DNA of 64,000 bases from a bacterium HR11 (GTDB lineage: Bacteria; Acidobacteriota; HRBIN11): positions 261,564 to 325,563 of the forward strand of contig BEHN01000001.1 in the NCBI GenBank assembly GCA_002898535.1. Reading direction: 5' to 3'. Both the position numbers and the translations under genes were made by a program. The first letter of the stretch is position 1, and every line of letters starts with the position of its first letter. Below the pieces are notes generated by a model. The model saw only the letters and a program-made list of their open reading frames with translations. It was not told the DNA's origin and searched no databases. This document shows positions 56,509 to 64,000 of this stretch, piece by piece.

Positions 56509-57390
56509 ATGGTCCATAACGTGCCTGCGCTGTCGGCTTGGCGGGCGGCCCTGGAGGCCCTGGTCCGTCGATTTCCCCGGCCGCAGACGCCCGGGGACGA
56601 CCCCCTGGCCTTCGCTTACCGGTATGACGACCCCCACGACCGGACGGTCGTCGCCTATCTCGTCAGCTTTCTGGCTTTCGGCCACGTGCAGGCCATCGCC
56701 CGGGCCGTCGAGCCCCTCCTTGACCGCCTCGGCCCCCGACCGAGCCGGGCCCTCGTCGAGGCCGCCCGGGCCGACCTGCGTCGGTGGGTCCACGGGTGGC
56801 GCTATCGCTTCGTCCCGGCCGAGGCCCTCTACGGGCTCCTCGCCTGGATTCAAGACCGGCTTGCGCGATGGGGGTCGCTGGAAGCGTACTTTCGGGCGGC
56901 AGTCGAGAGGTCGCCTTCCCTGCGGGACTTTGCCGAGGCTCACGGTCAGGCCGGTCGCCGATTCTTCCGCCGTCACGTCTCGAGCGTATCCCCGGTGAAG
57001 GCCCGGTTTCTCTTCCCGCTCCCGCCTCGGAGCGCCTGCAAACGTTTGGCCCTGTTTGTCCGGTGGATGACCCGCCGGGCGCCGCCGGACCTGGGTCTTT
57101 GGGACTTCTGGCCCCGGGCCTGGGTGTTCGTTCCCCTCGACACCCACATGGCCTTTCTGGCTCGTTTGTGGGGCTGGGCGGACCGGCGGGCCCCGGACTG
57201 GGCCTTCATGGAGCAGGTCGCTTCCGTCTTGGCCGCCCTCTGTCCGGAAGATCCGCTTCGGTACGATTACGCCATCGCCCACCTGGGGATCCGTCGTCTC
57301 TGTCATCGCCGGCCGGAGCTTCGGCGGTGTGGGGTATGTCCCATGCGGAGCGTTTGCCCCTATCCGGCTGGAAGCGATCCGTGTGGGTGA
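56509..57390 (+). CDS. DUF2400/TIGR02757-family protein with C-terminal 4-Cys motif
   Basis: The ATG at 56509 reads MVHNVPALS. The listed 497-aa ORF's N-terminus runs through repeat DNA and over the upstream gene and is rejected. C-terminal CHRRPELRRCGVCPMRSVC gives C-x8-C-x2-C-x5-C. Confidence 0.6.
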   Translation: MVHNVPALSAWRAALEALVRRFPRPQTPGDDPLAFAYRYDDPHDRTVVAYLVSFLAFGHVQAIARAVEPLLDRLGPRPSRALVEAARADLRRWVHGWRYRFVPAEALYGLLAWIQDRLARWGSLEAYFRAAVERSPSLRDFAEAHGQAGRRFFRRHVSSVSPVKARFLFPLPPRSACKRLALFVRWMTRRAPPDLGLWDFWPRAWVFVPLDTHMAFLARLWGWADRRAPDWAFMEQVASVLAALCPEDPLRYDYAIAHLGIRRLCHRRPELRRCGVCPMRSVCPYPAGSDPCG

Positions 57391-57476
57391 AAAGGCCCGA
57401 CGGGTGGGTGAAAAGGCCCAGCGGCCAGGGGCGAAGAGCCCAAGGCATAGAGCCCAAGGCAGAGCAACTGTCTTGA

Positions 57477-57744
57477 CAGAGCCGTTCGGTTGGTGAAAAC
57501 CCGCATGGATTCGGCTTTTTCGACCCTGCGGGAAGGACGGTTTTCAAGCTTTGGCAGATAGGCAGTTCGGCAGATGGGCAGATGGTCCCAAAAGCCCTGG
57601 GGCTGATCCTTGCCCACCCGGCTTCTATCTGCCTATCTGCCGACCTGCCCATCTGCCGGATGCTTGAAAAATCGTGCTTCCCGGGCGTTGGGAAAGGCCG
57701 TCCCGACGCCATTCTCACGGGCCGAATGGCTCTGCTAACTTTCC
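57477..57744. repeat. Repeat family A, full copy (near-identical to 5368-5627)
   Basis: cagagccgttcggttggtgaaaacccgcatggattcggc ... cgacgccattctcacgggccgaatggctctg. The internal ~200 bp is almost base-for-base identical to copy 1. Confidence 0.85.
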
Positions 57745-57795
57745 GCCTCCTCCTGTCGCCGACCGCCGGCGCTGGCCTCCAGGCCTTATATCTGC

Positions 57796-57885
57796 CCCGG
57801 CCGGCCCCCAATGCCCGGGTTCCCGAACTCCCGAATTCCCGGATTGCCGAACTCCCGAATTCCCGAATGGTATAATCGGACTTCC
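57796..57885. repeat. Repeat family D tandem array (CCCGAATTCCCG / CCGAACTCCCG units) overlapping the histidine-kinase upstream region
   Basis: cccgggttcccgaactcccgaattcccggattgccgaactcccgaattcccgaatgg. Confidence 0.65.
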
Positions 57886-57903
57886 GAAGAGGGGAGGTCG
57901 GCG

Positions 57904-59304
57904 ATGCGGTCGATAGCCCTCAAGATTTCTATCCCCATCATATTAAGTATATTTATATTTTTTGGAATTTTGGGGTATCACACCTACACGGAGCGGCGGG
58001 CGGCGTTCCGACGCCTCGTCGAACAGGACGCCCAGGCGGTCCTCCGGGTCGTCGCCCAGGGGATCGCCCTCCTGATGGAGGCCGAATCCCGGGACCACGT
58101 CCTGGAATTGATGCGGAGCGCCCGGACCGAGATAGGGGCCTTCTATCTGGAGGCCCGTTCGCCCGACGGACGCTATACCCTCCGGGCATCGGACCCCGCG
58201 GCAATCCCCCAGGGGTCGACCGAGTGGCTCCAAGTGCGAGTGCCTCTACCGGCTCGGAATACCTGCCGCCGATGTCACACGATGGCTACTCAGACAGAGG
58301 GATATTTAGAGGTCCGACGGAACATCGGTCCCCTAATGGCCATGGCCCGTTCTTGGTACACCCGGGCGAGTCTGACCCACCTTCTGGCATCGATCTTGCT
58401 TAGTCTATCCATTGCCGTGACGGTCCACTGGACCGTTCGGCGACCCCTCCAGCGGCTGATCGGAGCCATGGAACGGGTAGCCCAAGGCCATTGGGACGTG
58501 ACCTTACCGATTCAGGGACAGGACGAGATCGCCGCCCTGGCCCGCCACTTCAACTCGATGCTGGAGCGGCTCCGGGCGTATCAGGAGGAGCGGGAACGGG
58601 AACAGCGAGCCAAGCTCCAGCAGGCCGAGCACATGATGACGGTCGCCGAGATGGCCGCCTCGCTGGCGCATGAGCTCAAGAACCCCCTGGCCGGCATCCA
58701 GTCGGCGTTGACGGTCCTATTTGAGCAGGAGGACCTCCGGCCGGAAGCTCGAGAGGTCTACGAGTCCATCATTCAGGACCTGAGTCGTATTAACCAAGTC
58801 CTGGAGGACCTCTTGCAGTACGCGCGGCCCCGGCCCATCGAGTGGACGGCCGTAGACCTGGGGAGCCTGGTCGAGTCGGTCGTCCACCGGGTTCTTCCGA
58901 TAGTACGGGAAAAGGGCCTCCAGCTTCATACAGACCTGACGGCCGACGTCCCCGTCGTCCAGGCCGACCCCCATCAACTTCATCAGATGCTGTACAATTT
59001 ACTCCTCAACGCCATCCAGGCGACCGACGAAGGGGGCCGGGTGACGGTCGGTCTTCGGTCCCGTCCGGAGGCCGATGAGGTCGAGCTGTGGGTCGAGGAT
59101 ACGGGCCACGGGATTCCGCCCGACAAGCTGGACCTCGTCCTCAAGCCTTTCTATTCGACGAAACCGGGCGGGACCGGCTTAGGACTTCCTATTTGTTTGC
59201 GGATCATCGAAAACCATGGAGGGCGGCTCTCGATCGAGTCGGAAGTCGGTCGGGGCTCGACCTTCCGGGTCTACCTCCCCATCCGGGGGGCAGGTCGTGC
59301 ATGA
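57904..59304 (+). CDS. Sensor histidine kinase (TM sensor, HAMP, HisKA, HATPase_c)
   Basis: The ATG at 57904 reads MRSIALKISIPIILSIFIFFGILGY (TM). A HAMP domain is followed by an H-box (MAASLAHELKNPLAGI), N-box (LYNLLLNAIQAT) and G-boxes (DTGHGI ... GTGLGL). Confidence 0.85.
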   Translation: MRSIALKISIPIILSIFIFFGILGYHTYTERRAAFRRLVEQDAQAVLRVVAQGIALLMEAESRDHVLELMRSARTEIGAFYLEARSPDGRYTLRASDPAAIPQGSTEWLQVRVPLPARNTCRRCHTMATQTEGYLEVRRNIGPLMAMARSWYTRASLTHLLASILLSLSIAVTVHWTVRRPLQRLIGAMERVAQGHWDVTLPIQGQDEIAALARHFNSMLERLRAYQEEREREQRAKLQQAEHMMTVAEMAASLAHELKNPLAGIQSALTVLFEQEDLRPEAREVYESIIQDLSRINQVLEDLLQYARPRPIEWTAVDLGSLVESVVHRVLPIVREKGLQLHTDLTADVPVVQADPHQLHQMLYNLLLNAIQATDEGGRVTVGLRSRPEADEVELWVEDTGHGIPPDKLDLVLKPFYSTKPGGTGLGLPICLRIIENHGGRLSIESEVGRGSTFRVYLPIRGAGRA

Positions 59305-59323
59305 CATAGATATTTCGGGAAAG

Positions 59324-60697
59324 ATGAAGGTCCTTATCATAGACGATGAAAAGCTCCTCCGGTGGTCCATCGCCCAGAAGCTTCGGGCCTGGGGGTATAC
59401 GCCCCTGGAGGCCCGTACGGGCAAGGAGGGCCTTCGGCTGTTTCGGTCCATGTACCCGGACCTCGTCCTGCTGGACCTGCGGCTTCCTGACGAGGACGGG
59501 ATGGAGCTTTTGAAGACCTTTCGGAGCGAGGACCCCGACGTTCCCATCGTCGTCATCACGGCTTACGGGAGCGTCGACGAGGCCGTTCAGGCGATGAAGC
59601 TCGGGGCCGACGACTTCATGACGAAGCCCCTGGACTTTACCCGTCTTCAAGTCACCCTGGAGCGCCTCCTGGAGAACGTCCGGTTGAAGCGCAAGGTCCG
59701 GACCCTTGAGGCCGGTCCGTGGACGCTCGATGCCGTCGTCACCGAGTCACCGGCGATGAAGGTCATCGTTCGGGACCTGCGGCGGATCGTGACGGCGATG
59801 CCCTCCAGCGTCCTCATCACGGGCGAGAGCGGTACGGGCAAGGACCTGCTGGCCCGGGTCCTGCATTACTCATCCGACCGGGCCTCGGGTCCTTTCGTCG
59901 TCGTGGATTGTACGGCCATCCCGGAGACCCTTATCGAGAGCGAGCTCTTTGGGTACGAGCGGGGGGCCTTCACGGACGCCAAGACGAGCAAGAAGGGGGC
60001 TTTCTTGCTGGCCAACGGCGGGACCCTCGTCCTGGACGAGATCGGCGAGATGCGGCCTTCCCTGCAGGTGAAACTCCTCCGGGTCTTGGAGGACCGGGCC
60101 TTTCGGCCCCTCGGGGGGACGATGGACATCGCGGTCAACGTCTGTGTCATCGCGACGACCAACCGCGACCTGGAGGAGGCCGTCCGGCGGGGCGAATTCC
60201 GGAGTGACCTCTACTACCGGCTGAACGTCGTGCGGATTCATATCCCGCCCCTGCGGGAGCGGAAGGAGGACATCCTACCCCTGGCGATGGCCTTTGTCCG
60301 TCAGTTCAACGCCCAATTCCGCCGGCACGTCCAGGGGTTCACGGAAGAGGCCGCCCAAGCCCTGCTCCAGCACCCCTGGCCTGGCAATGCCCGAGAGCTT
60401 CGGAATGTGATCGAGCGGGCCATGATTCTGTATGATGTTCCCTTACTGGACACGGCCCACCTGGGTCTTCGGCCGACGGCGCCGCCCAGTCTGTTTCGTT
60501 TGCCCCCGGAGGGGATCGACTTGGAGAAGCTGGAGGAACAGCTCATCCTGCAGGCCCTGGAGATGGCGCAGGGGAACAAGACGCAGGCCGCCCGGCTCCT
60601 GGGCCTGTCCCGGGACGCCTTCCGGTATCGGCTAAAGACGATCCTGGAACGTCGGGGGATGTCGGAGGACGCCTCCTTTTCGATGCAGGATGCATGA
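59324..60697 (+). CDS. Sigma-54-dependent response regulator (NtrC family: REC, AAA+ sigma54-activation, Fis-type HTH)
   Basis: REC domain (MKVLIIDDEKLL ... DLVLLDLRLPDEDG). Sigma-54 interaction domain (GESGTGKDLLARVLH, GAFTDA, ESELFGYERGAF), followed by a C-terminal HTH (KTQAARLLGLSRDAFRYRLK). Confidence 0.9.
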   Translation: MKVLIIDDEKLLRWSIAQKLRAWGYTPLEARTGKEGLRLFRSMYPDLVLLDLRLPDEDGMELLKTFRSEDPDVPIVVITAYGSVDEAVQAMKLGADDFMTKPLDFTRLQVTLERLLENVRLKRKVRTLEAGPWTLDAVVTESPAMKVIVRDLRRIVTAMPSSVLITGESGTGKDLLARVLHYSSDRASGPFVVVDCTAIPETLIESELFGYERGAFTDAKTSKKGAFLLANGGTLVLDEIGEMRPSLQVKLLRVLEDRAFRPLGGTMDIAVNVCVIATTNRDLEEAVRRGEFRSDLYYRLNVVRIHIPPLRERKEDILPLAMAFVRQFNAQFRRHVQGFTEEAAQALLQHPWPGNARELRNVIERAMILYDVPLLDTAHLGLRPTAPPSLFRLPPEGIDLEKLEEQLILQALEMAQGNKTQAARLLGLSRDAFRYRLKTILERRGMSEDASFSMQDA

Positions 60698-60722
60698 TAT
60701 TCGGGATAGAGGGAGGGGTAAG

Positions 60723-62789
60723 GTGGGTGGTTTTCGGAGGGGGCTCTTTTGGGCCTGGGGGAGCCTCATCGGTCTGGCGGCTTTGGCGTGGGCTCAAACG
60801 CCGCCCTGTCAAACGTGTCATAAGGACGTCCATATCACGTCCCCGGCCCATGCCGACCTGGACTGTATGGATTGCCACTCCAACGTGACGAAGGTCCCCC
60901 ATCCGCCCAAGCTCTTGAAGCAATTGGGCGGCGACGCTCTCTGTCGGCAATGTCACGACGACGTCGTTCCCCAAGTCGCCGCCAGTGTCCATGGGCCTGG
61001 AGCCTGTGGCGACTGTCACGGACCGGCCCACGAGATCCCGCCCCCCCGATGGACCGTCTGTGGGGACTGTCACGCGGAGGCGACGGAAGCCTTTCAGGCC
61101 AGCTCTCATCGAAAGAGTCTGAACTGTAGCTCCTGCCATGAAGTCGTTCACGCCATTCGGTCCCCGAAACGACCCGGCTCGAGGGTCCACCCCTTCCAGC
61201 AGATTCAAACCTGCGGGACTTGTCATGGGAAGCCGCCCCAGCTCATCGACGGATACCTCCAGAGCGTCCACGGCCGGGGCCTGCTCCTGGCCGGCCTGGC
61301 CACAGCACCGGCCTGTAGCGACTGTCACGGAAGTCATGGGGTCTTTCCGGTCCGGGACGTCCGCTCGACGGTATCGGCCCGAAATGCGCCCCTCACGTGC
61401 GGGCGGTGTCACGTGGGCGTCCTGGACGTATGGTCGAAAGACAGCGTCCACGGCCAGCTCTGGCGGGCGGGCCGGACCGGGGGACCCGTCTGCACGACCT
61501 GTCACGGGTCTCACCGGATTCAAGAGCCGAGGGCCGGCATCCAACGCTTGAAGTTTCCCGAGACCTGCGGCGGGTGTCACGGGGAGCGGTACCACACCTA
61601 CCGGGACGGATTCCACGGGCAGGTCACGGCCCTTGGATTCCTGACGGCGGCCATCTGTTCGGACTGCCATACGCCGCATCAGAACGAACCGGCCCGGGAC
61701 CCGAAGTCATCTGTACATCCGGCGAATCTGACTCGAACCTGCGGTCGGTGCCACGGCCCGGTCACGGCCGCCTTTGTGACCTTTGACCCCCATGCGGACC
61801 CCCGGGACCCCCGACGGAACCGGCCGCTTTATTACGTATGGCTCTTCATGACGGGCTTGCTGGTGTTCGTCTTTGGATTCTTCGGGATTCACACCCTCCT
61901 CTGGCTTCAGCGATCGGTCGTGGGCGCGCTCCGGGGAGAGTTTCACTCGATCCGGCGATGGAAGGGGGAGACCGTCTGGGTCCGACGATTTTCGCCGGTC
62001 CACATGTGGACCCACGTGGCCATCGTCGTGAGTTTTCTGCTCCTGGCCGCCACGGGCCTGCCCCTCAAGTACCACGATACCCGGTGGGGACCGGTCCTCG
62101 CTTCGTGGCTGGGCGGCGTCGAAACGACCCGCCTGCTTCACCGGGCCGGGGCCGCGATCACGTTCGGATACGCCGTTTTCCATTTGGGTTACATCCTTTA
62201 CTGGGCGGCCTTCCGGGGGGACCGGGGGATCCTGTGGGGCTGGCGGTCGATGATGCCCCGGTGGCAGGATTTCATAGACCTCTGGCGTAACGTCCGGTAC
62301 TTTCTGTACTTGGGTCCCCGACCCCGTCTGGACCGATGGACGTACTGGGAAAAGTTCGACTACTTCGCCGTCTTCTGGGGCGTCGTCATCATCGGGCTCT
62401 CAGGCCTCTTTCTATGGTTTCCCAAGTTCTGGACCCGGTTTCTCCCCGGTTGGCTCTTGAATGCCGCTTTTGTCGTCCACAGCGACGAGGCCCTCTTGGC
62501 CGTGGGCTTCATCTTCATCTTCCACTTCTTCCACAATCACCTCCGGCCGGAGAACTTCCCGATGGACCCCGTCGTGTTCATCGGGAGCCTGCCCCTGAAG
62601 CGGTTTCAGGAAGAACGACCCGCCGAATATCAGCGTCTGGTCGAAAGCGGCGAGCTGGAGAAGTACCTGGAAGGCCCGCCGTCCAAGTGTCAGGTCCGCC
62701 TGGCCTACGTCTTTGGGTTCCTGACGCTGACGATAGGGGTCTTGCTGATTGTCCTCATCCTCGCCACGGCCCTGGGGGCCCTTCGGTAG
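60723..62789 (+). CDS. Multiheme (13x CxxCH) c-type cytochrome fused to a C-terminal membrane cytochrome-b-like domain (CbcL-like)
   Basis: A GTG at 60723 follows ggaggg. Signal peptide, then 13 CxxCH motifs (CQTCH, CMDCH, CRQCH, CGDCH x2, CSSCH, CGTCH, CSDCH x2, CGRCH x2, CTTCH, CGGCH). About 6 TM helices with conserved His (HTLLWLQ, HMWTHVAIV, HRAGAAITFGYAVFHLGY, HFFHNH) resemble FdnI/HydC-type dihaem cyt b. It overlaps the stop of the response regulator. Confidence 0.8.
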   Translation: MGGFRRGLFWAWGSLIGLAALAWAQTPPCQTCHKDVHITSPAHADLDCMDCHSNVTKVPHPPKLLKQLGGDALCRQCHDDVVPQVAASVHGPGACGDCHGPAHEIPPPRWTVCGDCHAEATEAFQASSHRKSLNCSSCHEVVHAIRSPKRPGSRVHPFQQIQTCGTCHGKPPQLIDGYLQSVHGRGLLLAGLATAPACSDCHGSHGVFPVRDVRSTVSARNAPLTCGRCHVGVLDVWSKDSVHGQLWRAGRTGGPVCTTCHGSHRIQEPRAGIQRLKFPETCGGCHGERYHTYRDGFHGQVTALGFLTAAICSDCHTPHQNEPARDPKSSVHPANLTRTCGRCHGPVTAAFVTFDPHADPRDPRRNRPLYYVWLFMTGLLVFVFGFFGIHTLLWLQRSVVGALRGEFHSIRRWKGETVWVRRFSPVHMWTHVAIVVSFLLLAATGLPLKYHDTRWGPVLASWLGGVETTRLLHRAGAAITFGYAVFHLGYILYWAAFRGDRGILWGWRSMMPRWQDFIDLWRNVRYFLYLGPRPRLDRWTYWEKFDYFAVFWGVVIIGLSGLFLWFPKFWTRFLPGWLLNAAFVVHSDEALLAVGFIFIFHFFHNHLRPENFPMDPVVFIGSLPLKRFQEERPAEYQRLVESGELEKYLEGPPSKCQVRLAYVFGFLTLTIGVLLIVLILATALGALR

Positions 62790-62798
62790 CCCGGCTGT

Positions 62799-63872
62799 AT
62801 GGAGGCCTGCATGGTCCGATTTCCCGCCATGGGCAAAATCAGTCCCGAATTTTTCGACCGACACGTCTTCCCCCGGCTGGGCGCCCGGCGGCCTGAGGTC
62901 CTCGTCCTGCCCCGGCACGGCGTGGATGTCGGGGTCGTCCAGATCGGCCCGGACCGGGTCATGGCCGTGACGACGGACCCCATCTACATCGTCCCCCAAT
63001 ACGGTTGGGAACGGGCGGCCTGGTTCGCCTGGCATATCCTGGCCAGCGACGTGACGACCAGCGGATTCCCGCCGGCCTACGCCGTCTTCGACTTCAACCT
63101 GCCGATGGAAATGACCGAAGAGGCCTTTGAGCGCATCTGGGCCGTCATCGACAGGGAGAACCGGAAATACGGCGTGACCGTCATCGCCGGCCATACGGGG
63201 CGGTATCCCGGCGTGGACTACCCGATGGTCGGCGGGGCGACCTTCATCGCCGTCGGTCCCCGGGACCGCTACCTGACGGCCGAGATGGCCCGCCCCGGCG
63301 ACCTGGTCGTCGTCACGAAGGGGGCGGCCATCGAAGCCGTCGGGATTCTGAGTAACACTTTCCCGAATTACGTTCGGGCTCATTTAGGCGAGGCCGTCTT
63401 CCGAAAGGCGGCGGCCCTCTTTGAGCAGATGAGCACCGTCGAGGACGCCCTGACGAGCGTCTCGGTCGGCGTCCGGGATGAGGGCGTCACGGCGATGCAC
63501 GACGCCACCGAGTGCGGGGTCCTGGGGGGCGTCTGGGAAGTCGCCGAGGCCAGCGGTCAGGGGGTCGTCCTGTACAAGGACGAAATCCCCGTCTCGGCGG
63601 AGGTCCGGGCCGTCTGTGACCTTTTCGAGATCGACCCCTACACGGCCATCAGCGAGGGTACGCTGATCGTCACGGTCCGACCGTCTCGGGCCGACGACCT
63701 CCTGGAGGCCCTCGGCGACCGGGGCATCCTGGCCCGGGTCGTCGGCGAAATTCGGCCGCCGGAGCAGGGCAAGGTCCTTATCGAAGGCGGTCAGGCCCGG
63801 CCCCTTGAACACCCGCGGGTCGACCCCTTCTGGGGTGCCATGCAGAAGGCCCTCGAGCAGGGCCTCCCGTGA
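62799..63872 (+). CDS. AIR-synthase-related (PurM-like) protein, HypE/ThiL/SelD superfamily
   Basis: 357 aa with PurM-like N-terminal and C-terminal domains (VDVGVVQIGPDRVMAVTTDP ... VIAGHTGRYPG ... MHDATECGVLGG). No C-terminal PRIC motif of true HypE is present. Confidence 0.6.
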   Translation: MEACMVRFPAMGKISPEFFDRHVFPRLGARRPEVLVLPRHGVDVGVVQIGPDRVMAVTTDPIYIVPQYGWERAAWFAWHILASDVTTSGFPPAYAVFDFNLPMEMTEEAFERIWAVIDRENRKYGVTVIAGHTGRYPGVDYPMVGGATFIAVGPRDRYLTAEMARPGDLVVVTKGAAIEAVGILSNTFPNYVRAHLGEAVFRKAAALFEQMSTVEDALTSVSVGVRDEGVTAMHDATECGVLGGVWEVAEASGQGVVLYKDEIPVSAEVRAVCDLFEIDPYTAISEGTLIVTVRPSRADDLLEALGDRGILARVVGEIRPPEQGKVLIEGGQARPLEHPRVDPFWGAMQKALEQGLP

Positions 63873-64000
63873 TGTTGGGTGTTGGGTCTTGGATGCTGGG
63901 TGCCCGGTAGAAAGACCACAGACCACCGACCCTCGACCTGTTTCGGAAGCCTGGTTCGCTTCGTCTCGAGACGGGTATTCCGATGACTCCGTCAGGTCTA

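Noticed and set aside
55897-57390. 497-aa ORF covering the RuvC-like gene region and DUF2400
   Set aside because: Its first ~200 codons run through family B repeat DNA and over the RuvC-like gene in a different frame, with proline/arginine-rich nonsense translation. A clean start (MVHNVPALS) exists at 56509.
5341-57885. Possibility that the abundant direct/inverted repeats are CRISPR arrays
   Set aside because: No regularly spaced identical repeat-spacer-repeat architecture exists. The repeats are either long palindromic elements with TIRs or uninterrupted tandem micro-repeats. No cas genes are present.

Overview
The window is a high-GC bacterial chromosomal segment (roughly two-thirds G+C by eye). 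Its gene content looks Acidobacteria-like: TIGR03436-type VWFA protein, CarboxypepD_reg-fused TonB-dependent receptor, multi-gene Ton system. This phylum call is inference from gene content only. Almost all of it is dense core metabolism and housekeeping. In order: a Ton energy-transduction operon (exbB, exbD, exbD, tonB, TPR), leucine dehydrogenase, a UvrD/PcrA helicase, a large VWFA protein and a TonB-dependent receptor, then a tetrahydromethanopterin (H4MPT) C1 cluster. The cluster holds fae, mtdA/B-type methylene-H4MPT dehydrogenase, a DHPS-like protein, DUF1464, an ATP-grasp ligase, an atypical SDR and pterin-4a-carbinolamine dehydratase. Downstream is a branched-chain amino-acid supraoperon (ilvD, ilvBN, ilvC, leuA, leuCD, proC, gltB) with leuB convergent on the other strand. 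After that come a MarR regulator divergent from cytochrome P460, dnaG, hfq, priA, terC, ribD, an archaeal-type FBP aldolase/phosphatase, tmRNA and rng. The window ends with a histidine kinase, a sigma-54 response regulator, and a CbcL-like 13-heme cytochrome c fused to a cytochrome b. Three things stand out. The tmRNA gene carries a ~347-nt intervening sequence in its T-loop with group-I-intron-like R/S elements. Intergenic regions are saturated with at least four repeat families, including two MITE-like palindromic elements with terminal inverted repeats. A Leu-codon-rich candidate leader peptide lies upstream of the ilv-leu operon. No CRISPR array, rRNA, canonical tRNA, integrase or transposase gene was seen.
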